A stretch of 49,133 bases of DNA, from the IMG/VR virus record IMGVR_UViG_3300048574_000424, positions 1 through 49,133 of that record. One strand, 5' to 3'. The notes under the pieces were generated by a model. It made no database searches and had not been told where the DNA came from. It saw only the letters and a list, made by a program, of their open reading frames with translations. Of this stretch, positions 1 through 9,128 are shown in pieces (within the stretch, counting starts at the first letter, position 1; each line of letters starts with the position of its first letter). A program made the translations under genes and the position numbers. Source of the stretch: a virus. Taxonomy: Duplodnaviria; Caudoviricetes.

Positions 1-1329
1 TCAAGGAGATCGCGGCGGCGGGAAGACAGCATCGCTCCAGCCCCCGAGATGCGTGGTGTAGTGCCCTTCGTATCCAACAGACCGGAACACGATGCGAATC
101 ACGAGTTCCCTGATCACCATGGCATGATCCCAGAGATCGGCCTTATCCTCGTCTTCGTCCTCATAGACGCCCGCGTGGACCACGGCGTTCCTAGCCTCTA
201 TCGCCAACTTGATCCTAGCTTGGCCGATGTCGTGATAAGGCACCCCCAGTTTCTCCAGGAGAACGGTCAGCTTGCAAATGAAAGTTCGCCGTTCGAACTC
301 ACCGGAGCGCTTGTACAATTGGTCCCTGGTCTGGGAGAGTGCCTTTCCGCCGAAGGTATCTTTTACCAGTTTTCTGAACACCTTGATGAAGCTCCCGGCC
401 TCCGCTGGTGTCAGCGCCCGCTTTTCCTCATCGGTCAGGCCGACGTCCACAAGATTTTCGAGGGCTGTCATGGCGTGGATCAGGTGCTGAGCCGTGTAGA
501 CAGCGGACAGCAGGAACCAGGACAGGGCCGCGACCAGGTTCTCGCCAACCGGATATGACTGGGCGGCGACCTTGAGGAACTGGCCCTGCTCATGCCAGCG
601 GAATGCCGCCATCTGGGTGCCACGGTCGGGAATTCGACTGAACACCGTCACGGTGATAGTCTTGTCGACCCGGAATTCCCAGACGGGCGCCTCCATGGTC
701 ACGCCCATGGCAAAGGACATGTACCAGCGCACATGGTGCAGGAATGTTTCGGCATTCGGCCGCCATACGTCAGCAGCGGTCTCAGTCGCAGGGGCCTTGA
801 TGGTCAAAATATGGGTCAGGGGGTTCTGGACGGCAGCAGGATCGACCGCACTCATGGCGATTTCACCAAATGCCGAGATGGCTTGCAGCGGCCCATGCCA
901 GTCCGAATGATCGGGCGTACCTCGCAGCCAAAACACCACGGTGGGCCGATCAGCGGGTTGATCGATCTGACGTTCCAAAACCGCCTTGCTGCACCGTCCC
1001 TTGATTGGGAAGCAGTAGCCGTCCTCGCCCCCTTTGTGGCCGATGGTAGTCAGCAGTAGGTGCTCGCTGTGAAATTTCGTTCCGTCTGTCGCCTCCCCTT
1101 CCAATATCAGGTAGGTGACTTTCTCGGTGTGGACGCCCATGAGATTGATGAGGAAGCGGCTCTCTGGGGTCGATGGCACGTCATCAAACCCGATGACGAG
1201 AGTGCCGCTACAGTCCACCCGTGCGGTGAATGCGACGGCCACCGCATTGGCACCGTGGCTGAGAGTGCCTTGAAAGTGCCGCTCCTCCATCAATCCCATG
1301 TCCGCCATTTTCGAGACCACGCCGCTCAT
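1..1329 (-). CDS. HEPN-domain protein, ApeA-like (putative anti-phage RNase)
   Basis: 442 aa; C-terminal helical region with RxxxxH motif (ARNAVVHAG) preceded by 'ALENL'; ATGA overlap with the upstream gene. Confidence 0.6.
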   Translation of the reverse strand: MSGVVSKMADMGLMEERHFQGTLSHGANAVAVAFTARVDCSGTLVIGFDDVPSTPESRFLINLMGVHTEKVTYLILEGEATDGTKFHSEHLLLTTIGHKGGEDGYCFPIKGRCSKAVLERQIDQPADRPTVVFWLRGTPDHSDWHGPLQAISAFGEIAMSAVDPAAVQNPLTHILTIKAPATETAADVWRPNAETFLHHVRWYMSFAMGVTMEAPVWEFRVDKTITVTVFSRIPDRGTQMAAFRWHEQGQFLKVAAQSYPVGENLVAALSWFLLSAVYTAQHLIHAMTALENLVDVGLTDEEKRALTPAEAGSFIKVFRKLVKDTFGGKALSQTRDQLYKRSGEFERRTFICKLTVLLEKLGVPYHDIGQARIKLAIEARNAVVHAGVYEDEDEDKADLWDHAMVIRELVIRIVFRSVGYEGHYTTHLGGWSDAVFPPPRSP

Positions 1330-1916
1330 CGGATTTCAAAGCAGGCGATATCCCACACCCAGCCTCCGGGGTCCTGGACGGAGGGTTGGACGGCCTGATA
1401 GTGGCTGGCACCCGTGCGATCCTTGATCGCCTCGAACCGCCTCTTGATGGTCTCCACCGCCTTCTTGCCCTTGGCGACGGTGTAACCGACCACATAGCCG
1501 GAGTTGATGGGGTTGCTCTTTGCCCCGATCCACTGACGAATCCGCTCGGCGTCACGATTGCAGGAATCCGCGTTCCAAGCCTTCTTGGTCTCGATGATTG
1601 CGCGCGGCAGGCCACCCTTGTACCAGAGCAGCATGTCGAATCGCTCGCGGTCGGACATCTTCACGGTCCTCCGGTCGATTTTCATGTCGACATCGGCCAG
1701 GATCCTCTTGGTCGAAGCTTCCAGGGTCACATAAAGGCGATAGTCCTGATCTTTCAGATCCTTGAAGGCGAGTGCAATGCAGGCCTGGAGAAACGACTCA
1801 GGCGCATTGCCGACCCAATGCCCGCCGCTGAGGTCCTGATATGTTTCAAAGGCGCTCCTGGCGCCGGAGAGGATGGTTTCCATGATGGTGGCGCTGGAGA
1901 TCGCAGACATTGGCAT
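1326..1916 (-). CDS. PD-(D/E)xK nuclease-like protein
   Basis: 196 aa; E (APESFLQ) ... D (RFDMLLW) ... ExK (IIETKK) spacing typical of the restriction-endonuclease fold. Confidence 0.55.
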   Translation of the reverse strand: MPMSAISSATIMETILSGARSAFETYQDLSGGHWVGNAPESFLQACIALAFKDLKDQDYRLYVTLEASTKRILADVDMKIDRRTVKMSDRERFDMLLWYKGGLPRAIIETKKAWNADSCNRDAERIRQWIGAKSNPINSGYVVGYTVAKGKKAVETIKRRFEAIKDRTGASHYQAVQPSVQDPGGWVWDIACFEIR

Positions 1917-2021
1917 CCACTGAAGATGGGCTAACTACCACCGAAGAGTAACCTAGTAGTTGCCAACGGTCACCAGCGCAATGCACGCTTGTCGGCCTCT
2001 GAAGAAGGCCGGAGCAAAACC

Positions 2022-2501
2022 ATGAACGACCTGCCCCCTCCTCCTCTCGATCACGTCGATTGCCACCTGAGCATGGCCTGGCAGGAAGTCGGGCCGCCGA
2101 TCATGGTGGCCGACGACGGTCGCCTAGCCTTCCCCGACATCGGCAAGGCTCCGGGCCTGTACCGTATCACCATCCGGCAGGGAACATCGCGTGAGGTCTA
2201 CATTGGCGAGGCCACCAACCTGAGGCGCCGCTTTCACAACTACCGCAGCCCGGGGCCGACGCAGGAGACCAGCAAGCGGATCAATAAGCTCTTGCTGAAG
2301 GTGTTGGCCGAGGGCGCCGAGATTGGCGTCTCGGTTTCCTTGGCGGCCATGATCGACAGCGGGAACGGTCCAGAACCGGCAAATCTCTCATCCAAAGTGG
2401 TGCGATGTCTCGTGGAGAACGCGGCGATCCTGGTGGCGGCCAGAACGGCCGACCGCATTCACAACCTCGCCCAGATGGTGCCCGACAGTGCGATACCGTG
2501 A
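2022..2501 (+). CDS. GIY-YIG nuclease family protein
   Basis: GLY...YIGEATNLRRRF...E motif; GGAG RBS at 2011-2014 supports ATG 2022. Confidence 0.7.
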   Translation: MNDLPPPPLDHVDCHLSMAWQEVGPPIMVADDGRLAFPDIGKAPGLYRITIRQGTSREVYIGEATNLRRRFHNYRSPGPTQETSKRINKLLLKVLAEGAEIGVSVSLAAMIDSGNGPEPANLSSKVVRCLVENAAILVAARTADRIHNLAQMVPDSAIP

Positions 2502-3360
2502 TACCGATCCCATCAGTCGACTACTCGCTTCGGCGCGCGACTTCCTGGCCTCGCCAAGGGCGATCCGGGAAGCGGCCTCGGCCGTCAAGGGGCCGACCAA
2601 ATGGCGGTTCATCGAAGATCCGGACCTAACGACCTCCTACGAGATTCTCCTCAAGCTCCAGGGCGGCGTCTTGGACCGCTCAGGTGCCGTCGAGGAGGCG
2701 CTGGCCGGGCTGATGACCAAGGGCGCCGAACGTGACGCCCAGGTGGGGTTCCGCGAGATCACGGCCCTGGCGGCTTCCAAGGGCCGATTCATCGGCAACA
2801 TGCCCCGCCTGTGGCCGACGTCGGACTCGATCGGCAAGCTGGAACCGAGCGCCGAGAACATCGCCATGATCCGCCAGCAGGTCTTGGCGGAGTCAGGGTG
2901 TGTGCGAGATGGGCGCTTCAATCTGTACGAAGAAAGCTGGAGCGGCAGGCTGATCGCCCGCAACACCGGCACGGCCAGAAGGATCGCTTGGCTGCACCAC
3001 TATTCCTTCCTGGACCGTGCGCCGATCCCGGCCAGGATCACTCCGCTGGTCCTCGACCAGGCGGCGTTGAAGGTGCTGACCGAGGATCATTGGATCGCCC
3101 TGCTTCCCACGGACGACGGCGCCTGGAAGCTGGCATCGAAGTTGGAAGAGATCGGCGTCCGTGGCGCCGAGAGCGTCGGGGCCGTCTGGTCGCCAGCTTG
3201 CCCCGAAGAACACGATCGAACCCGCTGGTCGATGTTCGCCTGCGACCGGGCCAGCAGACGATACGCTAACGTCCGCTTGGGTTTGATGGACTCCGCCACC
3301 CCCGTCTTCGACTTGTCGCAGTGGCTGACGGGGATCGCGGGCGGCCGGGAAAGGCCGTAA
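2488..3360 (+). CDS. Hypothetical protein
   Basis: 290-aa ORF overlapping the end of the GIY-YIG gene, GC3-rich codons; start uncertain. Confidence 0.6.
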   Translation: MRYRDTDPISRLLASARDFLASPRAIREAASAVKGPTKWRFIEDPDLTTSYEILLKLQGGVLDRSGAVEEALAGLMTKGAERDAQVGFREITALAASKGRFIGNMPRLWPTSDSIGKLEPSAENIAMIRQQVLAESGCVRDGRFNLYEESWSGRLIARNTGTARRIAWLHHYSFLDRAPIPARITPLVLDQAALKVLTEDHWIALLPTDDGAWKLASKLEEIGVRGAESVGAVWSPACPEEHDRTRWSMFACDRASRRYANVRLGLMDSATPVFDLSQWLTGIAGGRERP

Positions 3361-3383
3361 CCGGCCTCTCCCGTTGACATGGA

Positions 3384-4280
3384 TTAAGCCAGTTCCCGCA
3401 CGCCGTCCAGGACCCTGGCGGCGCCTTTGACGTCGATATGCTCGTCCTGTATCAGGATCGGCAGAACTTCCGCCAACCGGGGAAGCGCCGTGATGCCGTA
3501 GGCCGCCAGCATGCGCTCGGCGGCCTCCCTGGCCGGGCCATAGGACCATGGCCCATCCCCTTCCCGGAACCATTGCCGGTCCCGGTAGGCGTGTATTTCT
3601 GCCGTCGGCTTGAGCCGCTCCACCTTGCCACCAACGATGCGCCAGAGGGGGAGATAGTTGCGGGAAAACAACACACGGCTGCCATCCTTCATGTCCATCC
3701 AGCCATATGGCAGCCATAGCAGCAAGGGAACGAAGTCCTTCAGCCGCGTGCGCGGGACGACCGCTTCGTAAGTTGCGCAATCGCCAAGGATCGTCGTGTT
3801 GTCGATGAACGTCACCCCACCGCTGGATTGGCGCCACCAACGACCTTGGGTCCTGGAGAAACCCTTCCTCTTGATGTAGAAAACGGCGCCGGGATGGCGA
3901 CCTCCCTGCCATGGGATTGGGCCAACCCGCCAGCAAGCAGTCCTGATCACCTCGTGGTCGTCGTGGGTGAACCCTCGGTTGCCGGTCAGCCTCATGTCGG
4001 GCAAGGCGGCCTGCACGTCGCCGTCATGGACGTTCAACGCCCCCGCCAGGCCGCGCGACATGGCGATGGCCCGTTCCCGGAAGGCGCCCTCGGGCAGATG
4101 CTCATCCAGCACGGTCGGGTCGGCGCTGCCGTGGCTGACCTCAAGCTCGTTCCAGTCACGGTAACCGCAGGCCATGGCGACGGCCCGCTGGCAGTTGGAC
4201 AGAGAAATGCCTGAGAACACCGAAGCAAGGTGCTTCGCGGCCTTTTTGGGACGGGTAAGATTGGGGAAATGAAAACGCAT
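3384..4280 (-). CDS. Hypothetical protein with N-terminal 'glyoxalase superfamily' (Glyoxalase_8-like) helical domain
   Basis: N-terminal pattern KKAAKHL...LSNCQRAVA..CGYRDWNEL; GGAGG RBS at 4290-4286 before ATG 4280. Confidence 0.65.
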   Translation of the reverse strand: MRFHFPNLTRPKKAAKHLASVFSGISLSNCQRAVAMACGYRDWNELEVSHGSADPTVLDEHLPEGAFRERAIAMSRGLAGALNVHDGDVQAALPDMRLTGNRGFTHDDHEVIRTACWRVGPIPWQGGRHPGAVFYIKRKGFSRTQGRWWRQSSGGVTFIDNTTILGDCATYEAVVPRTRLKDFVPLLLWLPYGWMDMKDGSRVLFSRNYLPLWRIVGGKVERLKPTAEIHAYRDRQWFREGDGPWSYGPAREAAERMLAAYGITALPRLAEVLPILIQDEHIDVKGAARVLDGVRELA

Positions 4281-4415
4281 ACCATCCTCCCTCTCGGCGC
4301 TGAAGAAAGGCGTGTCCACTAAGCCCTGAGCGCCTCGAAAGAGAGTGTCAGGATGGTGATAAGAACCTGCCCCGAAGGCTTCGCCAGTGTGGACGGCACG
4401 GCCGGTTAGCCGATG
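4281..4415 (-). ncRNA. Candidate cis-regulatory structured 5' leader (two mutually exclusive folds)
   Basis: Inverted repeats 4281-4288/4350-4357, 4291-4295/4341-4345, 4296-4301/4329-4334 versus 4314-4319/4389-4394 and 4325-4329/4348-4352; UUCG loops on the minus strand. Confidence 0.55.
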
Positions 4416-4419
4416 CCTA

Positions 4420-4448
4420 ACAATACCAACGGGCGGTCATGGCTGCAA
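4420..4448 (-). promoter_or_regulatory. Sigma70-like promoter TTGCAG-N17-TATTGT
   Basis: -35 at 4448-4443, -10 at 4425-4420, exact 17-nt spacer, ~135 nt upstream of ATG 4280. Confidence 0.55.
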
Positions 4449-4576
4449 TATCGGAGCTCTGGGGTCTGCGGCATAGTAAACGCCGGACAAATCATCACCG
4501 GCGTGGCCACCGGCACGGCGGACGTCCAGGTCTGGCACACCATCGACATGCACAATGTCTCGACCGCGCAAAGGCA

Positions 4577-4954
4577 TCATCCGCCCACATTCAATATCCG
4601 CCGCTGCTCCGCCCACTCCACCGGAAACGGTTCCAGCAGCGCCCGCACGGTTAGCTTCTCTGGCTGCCGCCCAGCGAGAATGGACTCGACGATGTCGGGA
4701 GCCAACAGGGTCAGGCGGAGGATGCGACTGGCGAAGGCCCGGTCGACTCGCTCGGCCTTGGCCAGTTCGTTGATCGAGGCATGACGCCCAGATTCCAGCA
4801 GGCGTCGCCAACGGAAGGCGCGGGCGAGCGACCGGACAATCGGGCTGTCGACGGGAACCCGGGTCTCGGGATTGTAGAGGCTGCCATCGGGCAGGACGAT
4901 GCGCTTGCGTCCGCCGATGCGGCGGAAGGTCATCGGCACGAACACGGTGGTCAT
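4577..4954 (-). CDS. Conserved recombinase-associated HTH-like protein
   Basis: LARAFRWRRLLESG...SRILRLTLLAPDIVESILAGRQP, typical partner of this class of serine recombinases; ATGA overlap with the recombinase. Confidence 0.75.
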   Translation of the reverse strand: MTTVFVPMTFRRIGGRKRIVLPDGSLYNPETRVPVDSPIVRSLARAFRWRRLLESGRHASINELAKAERVDRAFASRILRLTLLAPDIVESILAGRQPEKLTVRALLEPFPVEWAEQRRILNVGG

Positions 4955-6270
4955 GCCGCCGCCCTCCGCCCCTTGGCCGGTTTCAGTTCACCGGCAAGCT
5001 GGGCCAGCCCCTCGGTGCGGAGCGCGATGGCGATGCCGTCGGTGGAGATATCGACGCGCTGGACCAGAAGCTGGACGATGCGGGCCTGTTCAGCGGGGAA
5101 CAGTTCATCCCAAAGCGGGTCAAGCTGGCCCAGAGTGGTGGCGACCTCCTTCTCCGTCATGTCCTCGCCCTCGGCGCGGACGCTCTTCCAGGTGCGGGCC
5201 ACCACCTCGGGGGTGCGCAGCAGCGACCGCAACTGGTCGGTCACCGCATTTTCTACCTGGGCAGCGGGGACGCGGCCAACCGGGCAGGCGTCGGGGCCTT
5301 CCTTGATCACGTTGGTGGTGACGTAATAGCGGTACAGCCGCCCTTTCTTGCGGGTGTGGCTGGGAGTCATGGAGCGGCCGCCGGGGGCGAAAATCAGCCC
5401 CTTCAGCAAAGCTGGCGTCTGCGCCCTGGTGCGGCAGGCCCGCGTACGGGGCGATACCTCCATGACGGATCGGACCTTGTCCCACAGGGTCTGGTCGATG
5501 ATGGCCTCGTGTTCGCCGTCATAGGCGACGCCCTTGTGGACCGCCTTGCCGATATAGAGCGGATTGGCCAGCATCTTGTAGAGGCCGCCCTTGTCCAGCT
5601 TCTTGCCCCGGCGGGTGATGCCTTCCTCGGCCAGTTCCTTGACCAGCAGGGTGGCGGAGCCGAGGCGGATGAACCGCTCGAAGATCATTCGCACGGTGGC
5701 GGCCTCTTCCTCCACCACCAGCAGCTTGCGGTCGGCGCAGCGGTAGCCGAAAGGCAGCGGCCCGCCCATCCAGATTCCCTTGCGCCGCGAGGCGGCCACC
5801 TTGTCGCGCACCCGCTCACCGATCACTTCGCGCTCGAACTGGGCGAAGGACAGCAGGATGTTGAGCGTCAGCCGCCCCATCGATGTGGTGGTGTTGAACG
5901 ACTGGGTGATGCTGACGAAGGTGACGTCGTTGCGGTCGAACACCTCGACCAGCTTGGAGAAATCCATCAGCGATCGCGACAGGCGGTCGATTTTGTAGAC
6001 CACCACCACGTCCACCAACCCGGCTTCGATATCGCCGAGCAGGCGCCGCAGGCCGGGGCGCTCCAGGGTGCCGCCGGAAAAACCGCCATCGTCGTAATGG
6101 GTCGGGACCAGCACCCAGCCTTCGGCCTTCTGGCTGGCGACATAGGCTTCGCAGGATTCCCGCTGGGCATCCAGCGAGTTGAACTCCATCTCGAGGCCTT
6201 CCTCGGTGGACTTGCGGGTATAGACGGCGCAGCGCAGCTTGCGGATCATTTTGGGCGCGGCGGTCTTCAT
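4951..6270 (-). CDS. Large serine recombinase / integrase
   Basis: YTRKS catalytic serine, YDDGGFSGG, KIDRLSR, recombinase domain; start MKTAAPK overlaps the upstream stop. Confidence 0.93.
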   Translation of the reverse strand: MKTAAPKMIRKLRCAVYTRKSTEEGLEMEFNSLDAQRESCEAYVASQKAEGWVLVPTHYDDGGFSGGTLERPGLRRLLGDIEAGLVDVVVVYKIDRLSRSLMDFSKLVEVFDRNDVTFVSITQSFNTTTSMGRLTLNILLSFAQFEREVIGERVRDKVAASRRKGIWMGGPLPFGYRCADRKLLVVEEEAATVRMIFERFIRLGSATLLVKELAEEGITRRGKKLDKGGLYKMLANPLYIGKAVHKGVAYDGEHEAIIDQTLWDKVRSVMEVSPRTRACRTRAQTPALLKGLIFAPGGRSMTPSHTRKKGRLYRYYVTTNVIKEGPDACPVGRVPAAQVENAVTDQLRSLLRTPEVVARTWKSVRAEGEDMTEKEVATTLGQLDPLWDELFPAEQARIVQLLVQRVDISTDGIAIALRTEGLAQLAGELKPAKGRRAAA

Positions 6271-6710
6271 GCCCCCTTCCTCCAGTTCTTCAGGCCGAAG
6301 AAGGCCAAGCCGTTCCAGCGGGTGCCGGTAATGACGCGGGCCACCGCCGACAGGCTCTGGTAGGGGCGGCCCTGGTATTCGAAGCCGTCCTCGCGCACGG
6401 TGACGCAGTGCTCGACACCCTTCCATTCCCGTACCAGCCTTGTGCCGGCGATGGGGCGGTCCAGTTCCTTTTTACGGCGGCCCTTGGTGGTGTCGAAATC
6501 CTCGGCCATGTTTTCGAGGCGGGCGATGGTGGTGACCGCCAGCCCGCCATAGGCCAGTTCCTGGAGGCGGTAGGCCAGGCGGCTTTCCAGGAAGGTTCGG
6601 TTGTAGGGCGGTGCCTCGGCCTCGAACAGATCGCGCCACAGCGCCTTCAGCTCGGGGATCGGTGCGGTCTTCAGGGCGGCCAGGCGGGCCAGCAGCGGTT
6701 CCTCGGTCAT
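6267..6710 (-). CDS. DUF2924-like protein
   Basis: LAYRLQELAYGGL...GTRLVREWKG...SLSAVARVITGTRWNG..FFGL signature; directly upstream of the recombinase. Confidence 0.85.
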   Translation of the reverse strand: MTEEPLLARLAALKTAPIPELKALWRDLFEAEAPPYNRTFLESRLAYRLQELAYGGLAVTTIARLENMAEDFDTTKGRRKKELDRPIAGTRLVREWKGVEHCVTVREDGFEYQGRPYQSLSAVARVITGTRWNGLAFFGLKNWRKGA

Positions 6711-6904
6711 GATTTCCTCCGTCGGTTGACGGGGACATGACCGCTCTGGCGGGCAGTGAAGTCGACGGAACTGTCTCTGGCGTCAGCAGATAAACGACTG
6801 GATTTCCGCGCCTTCAGCCGGATCAGGCCGACAGCCAGGATATTGGCGACCTCGTCGAGGCGCTCAGGCGCGGTCATGCGGTCGGGATGAAGGGCGTTGT
6901 GCAT
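6707..6904 (-). CDS. Small conserved hypothetical protein
   Basis: MT..ERLDEVANILAVGLIRL pattern; ATGA overlap with the DUF2924 gene. Confidence 0.7.
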   Translation of the reverse strand: MHNALHPDRMTAPERLDEVANILAVGLIRLKARKSSRLSADARDSSVDFTARQSGHVPVNRRRKS

Positions 6905-7207
6905 TGCTGTGTCGACGGTCGTGGTGAGAGGCCGACAGGAAAATTAAGCGCGGAACAGTCGCTCCACAAAACAATTCATTCCGCCATCGCATCGGATGGA
7001 AAACAAAGGAAGCGGTGCGCGATCGTGCGAAAATCGCCCTAACCGCAGCGATGTCGACCGAGCCAAAATTCCGCGACGAACCGGATCGTTATCGGATTTC
7101 AAGCGCGTAGCGCCATCCACAATCGATTGATATTCAATAATATTTTCGGATAATTCATTTGTTGAAAATTTTGGTCTGGTCCGGGTAGGGGAATTTTGCC
7201 GAGGATA

Positions 7208-8335
7208 ATGGCATTCACACCGACGGAGGCCATCGTGACGTTCCTTGATGCTATCCTCCCCCGCAAGAAGCCCGCCCCCCGGTATCCAGGTCCGGGGGCG
7301 GCAACGGCCCTGCTCAACGATATCCGGCCCTACGATCTCCAGACGCCGTATCGCTACCACCAGATCACTGCCGGTGCCGTTGCCTTGGCTGCATCTCAGG
7401 GGCATATCGAGGTCGCGGCGCTGGCGGCAGCGGAGGAGTTCCGCGAGGCCCTGTGCAAGAAGACCGGCTGGCACCAGCCTCGAAGCTTTATCGACCTCGC
7501 CATGAAAGTACCCGCACCGGAGCGGACGGATCGGACCATCGACCTCGGCTTTATCTGGCGCCTGTGCATGGTCAAATATTTCGCCCATGTCTGGACCGAG
7601 CCGCCAACCCTGACCAAATTCAGGGACGATGTGGCCACCGTCCAGCAGGCGGCCTTGTATTGCCCGGAGGTGCTGCTGCCCCTGCTGTGCCGGATGTCGG
7701 AGAAGTACGACGAGGGCTTGTGGATGGTCGGCGAGCACTATCAGAGTTGGCGAAGCCTGTTTCCCAGGATGTTCTGGTCCTGGGAAAAACTATTGCCCAA
7801 GGATTGGGACGGCTCGCCGGAATGGCTGCCATCACAGGAGTTCCGGGCGGATGTGGACTTCGACTGCATGCACATTCTCCATGAAATCGAGCTTCACCAG
7901 CAGACCGTTTCAAACCGCGGCAACAAGGGCAATGCCCTCCTGGCCAAGGTCGTCAGCGAGTGTTGGTATCAATGGCGGTGGTGCGGTCGCGGCGACCCCA
8001 CCGCGCGCGGCCAGTTCCGACAATTCCAGAAATTTGTCGAGGATTGCATGGATCTCCTGGCTCCACGGGGCACGCCCAAGGGCTCCCGTAACACCATTCA
8101 TGAGTATGTGAAGAGCCTCGTTGAAGAAGACGAGACCGGCCGGGCTCCCTGGCTTTCGGGCGAAGAGACCATCCCGGGAGGAAAGCGGGCTGATTTGGTG
8201 CGAGGGCATAACAAAAGCTACTTTCCCCGGCGGCGAAAGTACTTCTGGTCGATTCTGCGCATCCGGCTCAAGGCGTATTGGAACCTGATCCGGGGCTATC
8301 CCGCGTCATGGGACAACCACGACCGGATCATGTGA
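7208..8335 (+). CDS. Hypothetical protein (moron-like)
   Basis: 375-aa Trp/Cys-rich ORF, GAGG before ATG 7208, preceded by an AT-rich intergenic region. Confidence 0.7.
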   Translation: MAFTPTEAIVTFLDAILPRKKPAPRYPGPGAATALLNDIRPYDLQTPYRYHQITAGAVALAASQGHIEVAALAAAEEFREALCKKTGWHQPRSFIDLAMKVPAPERTDRTIDLGFIWRLCMVKYFAHVWTEPPTLTKFRDDVATVQQAALYCPEVLLPLLCRMSEKYDEGLWMVGEHYQSWRSLFPRMFWSWEKLLPKDWDGSPEWLPSQEFRADVDFDCMHILHEIELHQQTVSNRGNKGNALLAKVVSECWYQWRWCGRGDPTARGQFRQFQKFVEDCMDLLAPRGTPKGSRNTIHEYVKSLVEEDETGRAPWLSGEETIPGGKRADLVRGHNKSYFPRRRKYFWSILRIRLKAYWNLIRGYPASWDNHDRIM

Positions 8336-8354
8336 CGGAGGCCCCATGCCCAGC

Positions 8355-9023
8355 CTACACCTCGCGTGCAAACCAGCGGATGCGCCCGACGATGTTGATT
8401 TCATCGCAGGTGCAGTCGTAGGGGGAATAAAAGGAATTATCGGAGATGATCCGCACGCGGGGCGGCTCGCTGTTGGCGATGTGCTCCAGGCGCTTGGCCA
8501 CCAATCCCATGCCGTCGTAGAGGACGAAGATTCCCGGCGGGGTCGGCGAGCGTCGGTCGAGATCCACCAGGACAATGTCGCCGCTGCGCAGGGTGGGGAC
8601 CATGCTGTCGCCCTCCACATGCATGATGCGGAGATTGGCCGGCTCGGCGCGAAGGCTGTGCTTGATCCAGGATTTCTGGAAATGGTAGGGCCGTCCGTGG
8701 GGCACCAGATCATCGACCACCGCGCCGCCGCCCATGGCCGGCTTCACCGTGACCGAGGCGATGGCGACGAAGGCGTCGTCGGGATCGTCCAGGATCGGAG
8801 ACTCGCCCTCCACGTCGCCCATGCCGTGGAGCAGCCAATTGCGCTCCACCTTCAGCACCCTGGCGACCAGATCCAGCCGCTCCAGGTTGGGGTTCTCCGA
8901 CCGCCCCCGCATGATGTCGTAGAGGAAGGAGCGGTTGACTTCGGCCAGCTCCGCCACCTGCCCGGCATGGAGACCAAGCTGTCGGATTCTGGCCCGGAGT
9001 CGTTCGGCCAAGGTGCTGCGCAT
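8355..9023 (-). CDS. CI-like repressor (XRE HTH + S24 peptidase)
   Basis: N-terminal HTH; GDSM catalytic Ser and VAKRL Lys of the S24 family. Confidence 0.92.
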   Translation of the reverse strand: MRSTLAERLRARIRQLGLHAGQVAELAEVNRSFLYDIMRGRSENPNLERLDLVARVLKVERNWLLHGMGDVEGESPILDDPDDAFVAIASVTVKPAMGGGAVVDDLVPHGRPYHFQKSWIKHSLRAEPANLRIMHVEGDSMVPTLRSGDIVLVDLDRRSPTPPGIFVLYDGMGLVAKRLEHIANSEPPRVRIISDNSFYSPYDCTCDEINIVGRIRWFAREV

Positions 9024-9043
9024 GCGGCCCGCCTACTGATTCA

Positions 9044-9104
9044 GGATGGGTGGATTAAATAGGATTGATTAGGGATGGTCAAGGGAATAGAACATAACGA
9101 GATC
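9044..9104. promoter_or_regulatory. Immunity region: GGAT direct repeats and a LexA-box-like GAAC-N7-GATC
   Basis: GGAT at 9044, 9052, 9062, 9073; GAAC-ataacga-GATC at 9090-9104, one mismatch to alphaproteobacterial GAAC-N7-GAAC. Confidence 0.4.
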
Positions 9105-9128
9105 ACTGGTAGGCTAGGGTGCCAATCC

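Noticed and set aside
4325-4352. Hammerhead ribozyme-like CTGA...GAAA
   Set aside because: The CUGANGA core and three-stem geometry are not satisfied; better explained as part of the leader structure
4413-4811. ORFs 4413-4784 (+) and 4437-4811 (-), or an att site in 4450-4576
   Set aside because: Both ORFs overlap a better-supported gene and promoter; I found no matching repeat elsewhere in the window to define attL/attR
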